Positions 1 through 9,943 of a stretch of 64,000 nt of DNA are shown here, piece by piece; within the stretch, counting starts at the first letter, position 1, and each line of letters starts with the position of its first letter. Source of the stretch: a virus; IMG/VR virus record IMGVR_UViG_3300035661_000037, positions 18,712 to 82,711 of that record. One strand, given 5' to 3'. The notes beneath the pieces are model-generated. The model was not told where the DNA came from and ran no database searches. It worked only from the letters and a program-made list of their open reading frames with translations. Made by a program: the position numbers and the translations under genes.

Positions 1-690
1 GACGTGACTAAAGTCATCGCATCGGATTTACCACACATAGATCTCCTTATAGGAGGTAGTCCGTGCCAAGGGTTCTCTTTCGCAGGAAAACAGTTAAACT
101 TCGAAGACCCTCGAAGCAAGTTGTTCTTCGAGTTTGTACGACTGCTGAAAGAGTGTAAGCCGAAATACTTCCTGCTGGAGAATGTGGTCATGAAGCAGGA
201 GTATCAGGATGCCATTAGCGAGCACATGGGCTGCAAACCCATCAAGATAAACTCGGCCTTAGTATCGGCACAGAACCGTAACCGCTTATACTGGACTAAT
301 ATACCTAACGTTATCCAGCCAGACGATATGGGTATTAAACTAGATGATTGTTTAGAACAGGGCTGGTACTCAAGTCGCAAGAAGTCTTATTGTATTGATG
401 CCAACTATGGAAAAGGTAGCAACCTGCGTAGGTATCTATATTGTGGGAGTAGACAATTGGTATTTAAAGATGGTTTTACTATCCCGCACATAGTGACAAA
501 AGACACGGCGAATAAGTTTGGATCTGAGAATAAAGCCATGTGGCGTATGCTAACTCCACAAGAGTGTGAGAAGTTACAAACAGTACCAGAAGGATATACA
601 GACACAGCCCCAAAAGTTTGGAGATATCATATGATAGGTAACGGTTGGACAGTGGATGTAATAGCACACATTTTAAAAGGTCTCAAATGA
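1..690 (+). CDS. DNA (cytosine-5) methyltransferase, N-terminus cut by the window edge
   Basis: Motifs IV GGSPCQGFS, VI LENV, VIII QNRNRLYW and X IGNGW; motif I lies outside the window. Confidence 0.93.
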   Translation, partial: DVTKVIASDLPHIDLLIGGSPCQGFSFAGKQLNFEDPRSKLFFEFVRLLKECKPKYFLLENVVMKQEYQDAISEHMGCKPIKINSALVSAQNRNRLYWTNIPNVIQPDDMGIKLDDCLEQGWYSSRKKSYCIDANYGKGSNLRRYLYCGSRQLVFKDGFTIPHIVTKDTANKFGSENKAMWRMLTPQECEKLQTVPEGYTDTAPKVWRYHMIGNGWTVDVIAHILKGLK

Positions 691-845
691 ACACAACAAA
701 ACTAGTATTAATCTCAGAAGGTAACGATTACAAGCGTTACGTGGGGAGTGAAATGACTAACCATATTATAAGTGATGAACGCCTACTGACACTTCAAGAG
801 ATCGAGCAGTTCAGGGCGGATCCGAAATTATTTTTGGAGGGCTGA
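687..845 (+). CDS. small hypothetical protein (MNTTKLVL...)
   Basis: ATGA overlap with the MTase stop; fills the gap before the polymerase. Confidence 0.55.
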   Translation: MNTTKLVLISEGNDYKRYVGSEMTNHIISDERLLTLQEIEQFRADPKLFLEG

Positions 846-846
846 T

Positions 847-2730
847 TTGAACCTGATAACCCACGACTATGAAAGTTTTTGGTCTGCTACACACGATATT
901 AAGAAATGTGGTGGGCCTGTACGCTACATAGCGCACCCTGATACAGAAATTCAATCGTGCGCCATTAAATTTAATGACGAGCCTACATTTGTAGTATTTG
1001 GCGAAGACGAAATACGCAAGGCGCACGCATCGCTGCCCGTAAACAAGTCTATGCTAGTAGCGCATAACAACTCTGGGTTCGATGCGGTAATTAGCACCCT
1101 GCGATTTGGGCTTAGACCGCAGGCATGGGGCTGTACAGCAGCTATGGCTAGGCCGATATACGCCAAGACTGTAGGTGTCAGTCTACGAGCCGTTGCAGAG
1201 GTTCTAGGGCTTGGGCAGAAGCTATCGCTAGAAGCCACCAATACTAAAGGTAAACGCCTCGCAGACTTTACTCCACAAGAAATTGAGGATATGACCGAGT
1301 ACAATAAAGTAGATACTGACCTGTGCTACGCTATATTTAAAACGCTTGCACCACTTATAGGTAAAAAAGAACTTAAGACTATTGACTACACTATTCGCAT
1401 GTTCGCGCAACCAAAGTTTACATGCGACATCCAACTTCTTACCTACACACTAGAGCAAGTGCAGAAAGAGAAAGCGGAAACACTAGCTAGCATTACTAGA
1501 CAGTTTGGCGCGGCTAGTCCAGAGGATATGAAAAAACTTCTAGCATCTGCGCCAAAGTTCGCAAAGGTATTAGAAGAACTTGGTGTAGATGTTCCGTTGA
1601 AGATAAGCAAGACAACTGGTAAAGAAACTTTTGCGCTTGCTAAAACAGATCAAGGGTTGCTGTACCTTCAGGAGCACTCCGATGCGAGAGTACAAGCTGT
1701 AGTAGCTGCTAGACTAGATGTTAAGTCAACTATTCTTGAGACCCGTATGCAATCATTTATAGGAAATACTATACGCAGCAAAATACCTATGCCGGTTTCA
1801 TATTGTGGTGCGGATACCACAGGCAGGTGGAGCGGCTTTATCTTCAATCCGCAAAACCTTCCTCGCATAGGTAAAGACCCGAAGCACTCTGACGCGTTAC
1901 GCAAGTCGTTACGTGCTCCAGCGGGGAATAAAGTCGTAGTAGCGGATTTGTCTGGTGTGGAATTGCGCGTCAATCACTTCCTGTGGAAAGTCCAATCTAG
2001 TATGGATTTATATAGAGCCGATCCAGAAAAGGCAGATTTGTACAAAGATTTTGCGTCCAGCCTATATGATGTTCCATTCCATGAAGTAACTAAAAACCAG
2101 AGAGCAATAGGAAAAGTTTCTCATCTCGGATTAGGATTTGGCGCAGGTGCTGCGGCGTTTCAGCGCGTTGCTAAACTTATGGGAGGTGTAGATATTACGC
2201 TTGACGAATCCAAGAAGATAGTAGACAAGTGGCGGGAGCAGTACCGCGATATTGTAGCTGGTTGGAAGTCCTTCGATAGCGCAATAATATCAATAGCATC
2301 TGGGGAAGAACGCCCGATAGACTCAGACGGCCTATGCACAACCTATAAAGGTATGGTGAGGCTTCCATCTGGGAGGTTCATACGTTACCCACATCTGCGT
2401 AGAGATAGTAACGAGGAAGGTCGCCAGCAGTGGTACTACGGTGAAGGACGACACAAGGCTACCCTATATGGCGGCAAGGGCGTAGAGAACCTAGTACAGG
2501 CGATAGCAAGAGATATTATGAATGACATAAACCTGAAGTTTATTAAAGAGACAGGTAACTATCCAGCGTTGCTGGTGCATGACGAGACAGTTCTTATATC
2601 CCCAGAAGATAAGGCAGAAGAACACCTGCGGATTCTGCAAGACATTATGCGGTCACCACCAGACTGGTGGAAAGATATAGTGCTATGGTCGGAAGGCGAC
2701 ATTGCGGATTGCTACGGAGATGCTAAATAG
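847..2730 (+). CDS. family A DNA polymerase with 3'-5' exonuclease domain
   Basis: Exo motifs HDYES, AHNNSGFD, YNKVD; polymerase motifs A (ADLSGVELR), B (RAIGKVSHLGLGFG), C (LVHDE); TGRWSG. Confidence 0.95.
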   Translation: MNLITHDYESFWSATHDIKKCGGPVRYIAHPDTEIQSCAIKFNDEPTFVVFGEDEIRKAHASLPVNKSMLVAHNNSGFDAVISTLRFGLRPQAWGCTAAMARPIYAKTVGVSLRAVAEVLGLGQKLSLEATNTKGKRLADFTPQEIEDMTEYNKVDTDLCYAIFKTLAPLIGKKELKTIDYTIRMFAQPKFTCDIQLLTYTLEQVQKEKAETLASITRQFGAASPEDMKKLLASAPKFAKVLEELGVDVPLKISKTTGKETFALAKTDQGLLYLQEHSDARVQAVVAARLDVKSTILETRMQSFIGNTIRSKIPMPVSYCGADTTGRWSGFIFNPQNLPRIGKDPKHSDALRKSLRAPAGNKVVVADLSGVELRVNHFLWKVQSSMDLYRADPEKADLYKDFASSLYDVPFHEVTKNQRAIGKVSHLGLGFGAGAAAFQRVAKLMGGVDITLDESKKIVDKWREQYRDIVAGWKSFDSAIISIASGEERPIDSDGLCTTYKGMVRLPSGRFIRYPHLRRDSNEEGRQQWYYGEGRHKATLYGGKGVENLVQAIARDIMNDINLKFIKETGNYPALLVHDETVLISPEDKAEEHLRILQDIMRSPPDWWKDIVLWSEGDIADCYGDAK

Positions 2731-2733
2731 TAG

Positions 2734-2777
2734 TTGACCGCCAAACAAACATAAAGTATAATGATCGAACTGAAATT
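2734..2777 (+). promoter_or_regulatory. early-class sigma70-type promoter with downstream GAACT motif
   Basis: TTGACC-17-TATAAT-gatc-GAACTGAAATT, followed by a GGAGG RBS. Confidence 0.8.
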
Positions 2778-2795
2778 AATTAATGGAGGTTTGAG

Positions 2796-3029
2796 ATGGA
2801 AAACCCTTGGGAACAAGAACGAATTATAAAAGAAGCTAGTGAAATTGCTAAACATAATGGATTTCGACTTGAGAATCACCGTAACTATTTTGGCAAAGTA
2901 AGCCTAGTTGCTGAAAAGTCACCTTACACTAAGGACACTGTCATAGCATCTTTTGACAACTGGCGAGACTTGATTGTATTCATGTCAGGTTACGAAGCGC
3001 ATGAATTTGAGAGGGGTAATACGAAATGA
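2796..3029 (+). CDS. hypothetical protein
   Basis: ORF with GGAGG RBS just downstream of the promoter. Confidence 0.7.
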   Translation: MENPWEQERIIKEASEIAKHNGFRLENHRNYFGKVSLVAEKSPYTKDTVIASFDNWRDLIVFMSGYEAHEFERGNTK

Positions 3030-3232
3030 TCTGCCCTAACTGCGGCTATAAAGATATAACCTATGTGGATGATGGTGATATAGAAGGTTATCTAGGAAAC
3101 TTCTATACACTGCCTATCGAAATGGCTCAAGCGCCAACCAAGCACTCAAGATACTCGAAAAAGATAGTAAGAGTATTTGGGTGTCCTGAATGCAATAGTC
3201 TATTTATGGCGGAGGTTTTAGATGACTACTAG
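3026..3232 (+). CDS. small zinc-ribbon-like protein
   Basis: CPNC...CPEC; ATGA overlap. Confidence 0.65.
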   Translation: MICPNCGYKDITYVDDGDIEGYLGNFYTLPIEMAQAPTKHSRYSKKIVRVFGCPECNSLFMAEVLDDY

Positions 3233-3335
3233 CGAAACCAAACACACAACAAAAGACGGCTGGTGGCTATGCCCGTATTGCTTTGATATACACCAAGAAA
3301 ATGTACAATGCTGCGGGGGAATGCATCTAGAATAG
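3222..3335 (+). CDS. 37-aa Cys-rich peptide (MTTSETKH...CPYC...QCCGG)
   Basis: Translated by hand; GGAGG RBS upstream. Confidence 0.45.
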   Translation: MTTSETKHTTKDGWWLCPYCFDIHQENVQCCGGMHLE

Positions 3336-3354
3336 GTTACCGAGGAGGCAGAAA

Positions 3355-3555
3355 ATGATTAATACAATACTGAACAAACTAAAAATCGCTGCAGGCGTCA
3401 CCGGTATAATTATAGTGGTGGTACTTCTACTATGTATCGCACCGTGGCTGCTATTCTGGACAATTGAAACACTTTTCGGCTACCATATCGAGTTCACATT
3501 TTGGACATGGTTGGCAGCTATTGTAGGACTATCCTTAATAAGGGGCGTGAAATGA
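3355..3555 (+). CDS. small membrane protein
   Basis: GAGGAGG RBS; hydrophobic segments. Confidence 0.7.
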   Translation: MINTILNKLKIAAGVTGIIIVVVLLLCIAPWLLFWTIETLFGYHIEFTFWTWLAAIVGLSLIRGVK

Positions 3556-3953
3556 ATATTTTTAAAATTGTACTGCTAAGTTTTATCTTTTTTGCAAATT
3601 CTGTTATGGCTGATGATGGAGACCCAGATTTTTCAGCGTTCTCTAAATATACGTTGAGCGCTAAAGAGGTAGCTGCGCTTAAGAAAATTGTTGGTAGGCA
3701 AATGAAAGACCCAAAAAGCGTCGTATTTTTAGACGATACAATTAGAGTGATGATTCACAAAAAAGATAATGTTATTGGTGGATGTATTCAGTTCAACGCT
3801 AAAAATAGTTACGGCGGCTATGACAACCCATCGGTAGCTGCTTTTTTCACACCTAAGAATAGGGTTGATCTAGCAATGGTATTAGTTCTTGAAAATAAAG
3901 ATGCCGCAGAACTAGAATCGTGTGTTAAGCAATATGCGTTATGGAGTAAGTAA
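3552..3953 (+). CDS. exported protein with signal peptide
   Basis: MNIFKIVLLSFIFFANSVMA signal; KDPKS and NAKNSYGGY motifs typical of small periplasmic phage proteins. Confidence 0.7.
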   Translation: MNIFKIVLLSFIFFANSVMADDGDPDFSAFSKYTLSAKEVAALKKIVGRQMKDPKSVVFLDDTIRVMIHKKDNVIGGCIQFNAKNSYGGYDNPSVAAFFTPKNRVDLAMVLVLENKDAAELESCVKQYALWSK

Positions 3954-3955
3954 TT

Positions 3956-4120
3956 ATGAACGCCCCGTCAACCATAGGTTTGATCGTATCCACAGCATGT
4001 ATCGGCATATCAACCTACCTACTGACCGCCGGACACATGAGCTTTACACAGCAACTACTCGTATTCTTGTTGGGTATTAACTGCGTAGTATCTGCTACCA
4101 TCATTGCGATCATGTTGTGA
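3956..4120 (+). CDS. 54-aa two-helix membrane protein
   Basis: Translated by hand (MNAPSTIGLIV...); GTGA overlap with the next gene. Confidence 0.55.
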   Translation: MNAPSTIGLIVSTACIGISTYLLTAGHMSFTQQLLVFLLGINCVVSATIIAIML

Positions 4121-4866
4121 AACTTCATATACTTAGCGATCTACACCTAGAGTTTTCAGATTTTATACCACCTAAAACAGACGCAGATGTCGTCGTGCTG
4201 GCGGGGGATATAGGTAAGTCGATACAAGGTCTTGTATGGGCACGTAAGGTATTCCCTGAGAAAGAGATAGTCTATGTGGCCGGTAATCACGAGTATTATG
4301 GCATCGATATTTCAGAAACTAACTTATCTATGCGCATCACAGCTATTGAACTAGGTATTCACCTACTCGAAAACCGTTCAGTAATTATAGGCGGAACTAG
4401 GTTCATTGGAGCAACGCTATGGACTGATTTTAGACTGTTTGGGTATGATTCCGAAGAACAGGCACTACAAGTAGGGCAACGAGGGCTAAACGACTTTAGG
4501 ATAATACGCGACGATAGTAATATATTTACAGCCAAAAAGTCACAAGAGTTACATGAGATATCAATCAAGTATCTGAAGCACGAACTATCGCAGCCATTCA
4601 GTGGAAATACCGTAGTAGTTACACACCACCTACCATCTAAGTTATCAGTTGCTGACAGATTTAAGCATGATTTATTGTCTTGCTGCTTTGCGTCCAACTG
4701 TGACGACTTGTTTGGTCGTATGGATCTGTGGGTTCATGGACATACTCACGACAACATGGACTACGTTTCAGAAGGTACGCGAGTAGTTTGTAACCCTCGT
4801 GGATATGTTACAAGGTCTGGTACAGAGAATAAACAGTTTAATGAAGGGTTGGTGATTGAGTTATGA
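4117..4866 (+). CDS. calcineurin-like metallophosphoesterase
   Basis: SDLH, AGD, GNHE, THH and GHTH motifs. Confidence 0.92.
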   Translation: MKLHILSDLHLEFSDFIPPKTDADVVVLAGDIGKSIQGLVWARKVFPEKEIVYVAGNHEYYGIDISETNLSMRITAIELGIHLLENRSVIIGGTRFIGATLWTDFRLFGYDSEEQALQVGQRGLNDFRIIRDDSNIFTAKKSQELHEISIKYLKHELSQPFSGNTVVVTHHLPSKLSVADRFKHDLLSCCFASNCDDLFGRMDLWVHGHTHDNMDYVSEGTRVVCNPRGYVTRSGTENKQFNEGLVIEL

Positions 4867-5558
4867 GCTACGAAGATTTTAAACTATACCCAGCTTCCTT
4901 CTCGAAACTAAACAAGTTTGATACCTGCCCTAGGCAGTTTGAGAGTCAGTATATCCGAAAAGATATTCAGTTTGTCAGCAGCCCAGCGACTGAATGGGGT
5001 AGTGCGGTTCACGAGGCATTTGATAACCGCTTCAAGACTGGGGAAGAACTAACTGGTCGCTTCGAGAGTTATGAACAGTATGCACGAATCCTAGATGCCC
5101 AGGCTGTCGGCGCAAGGCTTGAGAGTGAGTACGAGCTAGTTGTTGACATTGATGGTAATCGTTTGGCTTGGGATGACCCAGCAGCACATATGCGAGGGCG
5201 CATTGACGTAGCCATATTCTATCCAGACGGGCGGATGCTTATCGCCGATCATAAAACAGGTAACCGCAGGGTAAATGACGAACTGGAATTTTTCGCGTTA
5301 CTTAGCTTCAAGTTGCATCCAGAAGTGCAGCGAATTAAGACTGTGTTCTTATGGTATAAAACAGGTGACAAGCCAGACGTAAAGTTTTATACTCGTGAAG
5401 ATTTACCTGAAATTGAAGCGAAGTTCGCAGCGAAATGTGCTACAATTGAAAATGCTTTAGAGTTTGATAAGTTCCCAATGAAAGTTTCTGGACTATGTAA
5501 AAATTTTTGCGGTTCCAGATCGTGTAATAGATCCGGTGCATACGTTAAAATGTTTTGA
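4863..5558 (+). CDS. Cas4-like PD-(D/E)XK exonuclease
   Basis: TCPR, G..VH, GRID, DHKTG and a C-terminal Cys cluster (CKNFCGSRSC), suggesting an Fe-S staple. Confidence 0.88.
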   Translation: MSYEDFKLYPASFSKLNKFDTCPRQFESQYIRKDIQFVSSPATEWGSAVHEAFDNRFKTGEELTGRFESYEQYARILDAQAVGARLESEYELVVDIDGNRLAWDDPAAHMRGRIDVAIFYPDGRMLIADHKTGNRRVNDELEFFALLSFKLHPEVQRIKTVFLWYKTGDKPDVKFYTREDLPEIEAKFAAKCATIENALEFDKFPMKVSGLCKNFCGSRSCNRSGAYVKMF

Positions 5559-5568
5559 AAGGTAGATA

Positions 5569-6135
5569 ATGCAAAATATCATGTTATATTTAGAAACACT
5601 AGGAAACAGCGCAAACTCAGTAATCATCGCTATTGGAGCTGTGAAGTTTGATAGCACCGGACTTGGTGAAGAGTTTTACGAAGTAATAGATGCAGAAAGC
5701 TGTGTTCAGGACGGGCTTACTATGGAGGCGTCTACGGCTATGTGGTGGATGCAGCAATCCGACGAAGCACGTTGGGCGTTTAAACGCAGTGGCGTAACCC
5801 TCCCCCAAGTACTAGAGAAGTTTGTGAAGTTCTGCGGTTGTGACACAATCAGGATTAACGCAGACATGCGTCGCGTTGTAGACACAACTGAAAATATGAA
5901 AATCTGGGGCAATGGTGCAAGTTTCGACAACACTATCTTGAGCAATGCATACCGCAAGACGAGTATTAAACAGCCTTGGGCGTTCTGGAATGACCGTTGC
6001 TACCGCACAATGAAATCCCTGTACCCACAAGTTGTTATGGCTCGTCAGGGGACATACCATAACGCCTTAGATGATGCTAAAAGTCAGGCGGCACACATGG
6101 TTGAAATCGCTAAAGTGGCAGGTGTAACACTATGA
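5569..6135 (+). CDS. DEDDh 3'-5' exonuclease (ExoVIII-N/Rv2179c-like); first catalytic Asp appears replaced by Tyr
   Basis: MLYLETLG (family form MxDLETLG), WGNGASFD, HNALDDA. Confidence 0.85.
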   Translation: MQNIMLYLETLGNSANSVIIAIGAVKFDSTGLGEEFYEVIDAESCVQDGLTMEASTAMWWMQQSDEARWAFKRSGVTLPQVLEKFVKFCGCDTIRINADMRRVVDTTENMKIWGNGASFDNTILSNAYRKTSIKQPWAFWNDRCYRTMKSLYPQVVMARQGTYHNALDDAKSQAAHMVEIAKVAGVTL

Positions 6136-6431
6136 CCAAACTAGACCTACTAAAAGAATTAAGAACACTGCAAAAAGCCGAAGACACCTACATAGGCGCG
6201 CTACCATCCGATATCGTTGCTGCATTCTACGACAATGAGTACACTAACTCATTACAGAAGGCTAACTCGCTCCTGATGGTTCCGGCGTTTGGGGATTTGG
6301 CTGAGGAGGCCACATATTTCTTGTGGGAGTGGAGGCCGGGGTATAGTATCACCGAGGCTGATGGTACTGAATGGCCTATGAAGTCCGAAGAAGAATTTTA
6401 TGTATATTTCCAGAAACAATGCGACAACTGA
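6132..6431 (+). CDS. hypothetical protein
   Basis: ATGA overlap within the operon. Confidence 0.65.
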   Translation: MTKLDLLKELRTLQKAEDTYIGALPSDIVAAFYDNEYTNSLQKANSLLMVPAFGDLAEEATYFLWEWRPGYSITEADGTEWPMKSEEEFYVYFQKQCDN

Positions 6432-6444
6432 GTAATATTTTTCA

Positions 6445-8019
6445 ATGACAATCCAAATCGATCGAAAAAGTAAGTCACTAATTCTGCCTATTGGTATGAA
6501 AGAATTCGTGAGCGATCTAAAACACAAAGTTATTGAGGATTGTGGGAAGTCGTTCGTGGCAGTGAAATACGATCTAAATTCATACAAAAAACTTAAAGAT
6601 TGTGGGCTAGACATACCACATCCGATAGACACGATATACGACTGGCCGAAACTCGCTAATCGCTACGACCCTATGCCACATCAAAAAGTGGCTGCTAGGT
6701 TTATGGTTGATAACAAACGTTGCTTCAATCTATCAGAGCCTAGAACGGGCAAGACATTCAGTATCATGCTGGCTTTTGATTACCTTAGAAAATCTGGGCA
6801 AGCTCGCCGGATGGTAATCTATTCAACACTGTCCACAGTTACAACAGTATGGCAGCAGATCGTTTGGGAGTCATTTCAAGACTACACCTGCGGGGTTATC
6901 CACGGGGGTAAAGAAAAGATTGAAGAGATGCTATCATATAATTTTGACGTACTCGTTATAAACCACGACGGCTGCAAGAACAAAGCTATTCAGAAATATA
7001 TTCAGGAGGCAAAAGACATTGACATAATCGCATGGGACGAGGCCGATGTTTTGTCCAGCGCTCAAAGTGCCATGTGGAAGACCTTCAGAGATTCTATAAA
7101 GCCACAGCATCGTTTGATACTTGCTACGGGCACACCAACTGGGGAGAACCCGCTATCAGCTTTCGCGCTTACAAAACTCGTGTCGCCAGACAATATTCCT
7201 AAATACTTCGGTGCTTGGCGAAATATGGTGATGTATCAGATCAGCCAGTTCACGTATAAAGCTCGAAAAGAAGCTAATACACTTGTACACAAGGCGATGC
7301 AACCCGCAATCTGTTTTAGAAAAAGTGAGGTATTAACCCTACCAGAACTAACAAACGTTCGTATCGAATGTGAGTTGAGTGCAGAGCAGAAAAAGATGTA
7401 TGACAGTATGCGAAAAGACATGCTGATGGAACACTCATCTGGTGATAAAGTTTTAGCATTGTCAGCAAGCGATAAAGTTTTGAAACTGCTCCAAATTGGT
7501 CTAGGGGCATATCGCACAGGTGAAAAAGAATATCAGGAACTCGACTGCCAGCCACGAATCGACGCGATTATGGAATGTATTGGAAAGACACCTCAAAAAA
7601 GTATTGTGTTCTGCCCATTCCGAGGGGCAATGGCGTTGTATTACCGAGAGATAGGCAAGCACTATAGCTGTGAAATGGTTAATGGTGACACGTCAAAGAA
7701 AGAACGCGATAGGATATTTACAGAGTTCCAAAACTCTAGCGAACCACACGTACTTTTAGCACACCCACAAATATGTGCACACGGGCTTGAGATGGCTGCG
7801 GCGGACACAATAATCTGGGCAGCACCTAGTCAGCGAGGACTACACTTCTTGCAAGCTAACGAAAGGATAGCATCGGCATTGCAGAAGCACCCCATGACGA
7901 TATTCTATATTGGCGCAACACCTATTGAGTGGAAACGCTTTGATAGTTTGATAGCTAAACGCGATGACCAGTCAGCGCTGCTTGATTTATATAAAGAGAT
8001 TCTTGCAGATAGAGTATAA
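6445..8019 (+). CDS. SNF2-like superfamily 2 helicase
   Basis: PRTGKT, WDEAD, TGTP, AHGLE, QANERI. Confidence 0.9.
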   Translation: MTIQIDRKSKSLILPIGMKEFVSDLKHKVIEDCGKSFVAVKYDLNSYKKLKDCGLDIPHPIDTIYDWPKLANRYDPMPHQKVAARFMVDNKRCFNLSEPRTGKTFSIMLAFDYLRKSGQARRMVIYSTLSTVTTVWQQIVWESFQDYTCGVIHGGKEKIEEMLSYNFDVLVINHDGCKNKAIQKYIQEAKDIDIIAWDEADVLSSAQSAMWKTFRDSIKPQHRLILATGTPTGENPLSAFALTKLVSPDNIPKYFGAWRNMVMYQISQFTYKARKEANTLVHKAMQPAICFRKSEVLTLPELTNVRIECELSAEQKKMYDSMRKDMLMEHSSGDKVLALSASDKVLKLLQIGLGAYRTGEKEYQELDCQPRIDAIMECIGKTPQKSIVFCPFRGAMALYYREIGKHYSCEMVNGDTSKKERDRIFTEFQNSSEPHVLLAHPQICAHGLEMAAADTIIWAAPSQRGLHFLQANERIASALQKHPMTIFYIGATPIEWKRFDSLIAKRDDQSALLDLYKEILADRV

Positions 8020-8049
8020 TATCAGAACTAAATTAAAGAGCCCCTAAAA

Positions 8050-8316
8050 ATGTTAAAACCTATCTGGAAACAGGAACTGAAAATCACAGGTGAGCAGTTC
8101 GTAGAGTTACCACAAGGTTTGGAACTACTTACAGTGCAGATCCAAAATGGAAGCCCTCAGTTGTGGTTTAAGTGCGACCCTAACACACCCAAGATACTTA
8201 GGCGCATCCGAATCTATGGTACGGGTGTACCCGTATCTTTGGCAGATGAGCAGTACCTAGCAACGTTTCAGATTGCTGATGGTCAGCTTGTATTTCATGT
8301 ATTTGTAGGAGTTTAA
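8050..8316 (+). CDS. conserved small phage protein
   Basis: IWKQEL...YGTG...YLATFQ...LVFHVF pattern common in phages. Confidence 0.7.
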   Translation: MLKPIWKQELKITGEQFVELPQGLELLTVQIQNGSPQLWFKCDPNTPKILRRIRIYGTGVPVSLADEQYLATFQIADGQLVFHVFVGV

Positions 8317-9204
8317 ATGTTCAAACCAATGTTAGCTTGTACTATCGAGGATGTATCAACCATTGCATTCCCAGTAATTACCTCGGCCAAATTAGATGGG
8401 CAAAGATGCCTGTGCCACAGTAATAAGGCTGTGTCACGTAACTTGAAACCTATCCGCAATACTTATGTTCGAGAGCAACTGGAAGCCAACATGGACGTTC
8501 TTAACGGCTTTGATGGCGAACTGTGTTTACAAGACCTGACAGCGAAATTTAACCAAGTGTCGTCAGCCTTGAGCACCTACGATGGTCAGCCAAAGTTCTC
8601 ATACGTTATTTTCGACTACCACGCGGAACCTTACGCAAACTATCACACGCGGTTCCTAAACAAACTTGACCAAAAGTTTCCAAATTTTGTAGTAGTTGTG
8701 CCGATGCTTATTGTTAATAATGTTGAAGAACTCATGGCGCAACACGCCGCATGGACTGAACTAGGCTTTGAAGGCACTATGTGCAGACGCTTCGATGGTA
8801 AGGATTCCTACAAGATGGGTAGGGTGACAGCATCGCAAGGATACTTGGGCAAGATCAAAGATTTCGCGGACGACGAAGGTCGCGTAGTGGGGTTTACTGA
8901 ACGCCTTGAGAACCAGAACGAAGCAACCAAAGATAACTTAGGGCATACGCACCGTTCATCGCACATCAGCAACATGGTCGGTCGTGGAGACTTAGGGGCG
9001 ATAGTTGTCAAGTCAGATAAGTTTCACGAACCATTCTCAATAGGCTCGGGTTTTGATGACGAACAGCGATTTAACATCTACGAAAATCAGTCAGAATATC
9101 TTGGGAAGTTAGTCAAGTTTCGCCACCAACCTAGTGGCGCCAAAGAAGGTGGTAGCCCTCGTTTCCCGACTTTTAGTGGCTGGCGAGACGAGGATGATGT
9201 TTAA
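8317..9204 (+). CDS. ATP-dependent DNA ligase
   Basis: KPMLA, KLDG adenylation motif, FDGEL, EGTMCR, KIK, GSGF, PRFP. Confidence 0.95.
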   Translation: MFKPMLACTIEDVSTIAFPVITSAKLDGQRCLCHSNKAVSRNLKPIRNTYVREQLEANMDVLNGFDGELCLQDLTAKFNQVSSALSTYDGQPKFSYVIFDYHAEPYANYHTRFLNKLDQKFPNFVVVVPMLIVNNVEELMAQHAAWTELGFEGTMCRRFDGKDSYKMGRVTASQGYLGKIKDFADDEGRVVGFTERLENQNEATKDNLGHTHRSSHISNMVGRGDLGAIVVKSDKFHEPFSIGSGFDDEQRFNIYENQSEYLGKLVKFRHQPSGAKEGGSPRFPTFSGWRDEDDV

Positions 9205-9207
9205 CAC

Positions 9208-9250
9208 TTGACAAAGGTATTAAACTCTTAGATAATACTCGAACTGAATT
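9208..9250 (+). promoter_or_regulatory. early-class promoter with GAACT motif
   Basis: TTGACA-17-GATAAT-actc-GAACTGAATT. Confidence 0.75.
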
Positions 9251-9270
9251 AATAACCCGAGGAGATATAA

Positions 9271-9507
9271 ATGTGGATTTCTGTAACCGACCGTCTTCCA
9301 GAGATGATTAAATACGACAACTACTATGCTGAATCGCTACCAGTTATGTGCGTTATTGGAAATGATATCTACCCTACCATATGTATTCTTACACAATACG
9401 AAGACGAGAAGCCCCGCTGGAAGACACATGATAGCGAAGGGTGGGATGTTACTTATGACGTAACTCATTGGGCGCCCTGTCAAGAGCTGCCGAAACGCAC
9501 ACCATAA
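9271..9507 (+). CDS. DUF551-like protein
   Basis: WISVTDRLP...VTHW pattern. Confidence 0.8.
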   Translation: MWISVTDRLPEMIKYDNYYAESLPVMCVIGNDIYPTICILTQYEDEKPRWKTHDSEGWDVTYDVTHWAPCQELPKRTP

Positions 9508-9607
9508 CCCCAAACAGGTTTAAATAAACTAAACCACCGTTCCACCATACTAAACGTAAATGTCCAAAGTGCAAGATTGATAATAACCACTGTATAAAGG
9601 TGAAGAA

Positions 9608-9940
9608 ATGATAACCACCCAACAACTAATAGATGCTGGCTACCGAAAATACACGGGGCAGACTGAAAAACAGTTCAGCAACGTCATGTACCAGAAGCGC
9701 GTTGACGATGAGCTAGGTAAGAAATATTTTATAAATGTCAGCGAGTGGGATAACCACGAGTACCGGCTAAGATATAGTGATATGCTTGACTTTAGTTACG
9801 AAGCTGGTGCGCAACTAACCGACGATCTAGGGACGGTATTTAACGTTGAACTGCTATGTCCTGACAATATTAAGTCGGTTGAAGCGTTCTTTGAGGGTCT
9901 TTGGGTTAGTAAACGGTGTGAATATTATGAGAAATTTTAA
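9608..9940 (+). CDS. hypothetical protein
   Basis: ORF with AAGGTG RBS. Confidence 0.65.
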   Translation: MITTQQLIDAGYRKYTGQTEKQFSNVMYQKRVDDELGKKYFINVSEWDNHEYRLRYSDMLDFSYEAGAQLTDDLGTVFNVELLCPDNIKSVEAFFEGLWVSKRCEYYEKF

Positions 9941-9943
9941 TAG

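Noticed and set aside
847-4866. Z-genome (2-aminoadenine) or hypermodification pathway
   Set aside because: No PurZ, HD-domain dATPase, or queuosine/hmU pathway genes in the window
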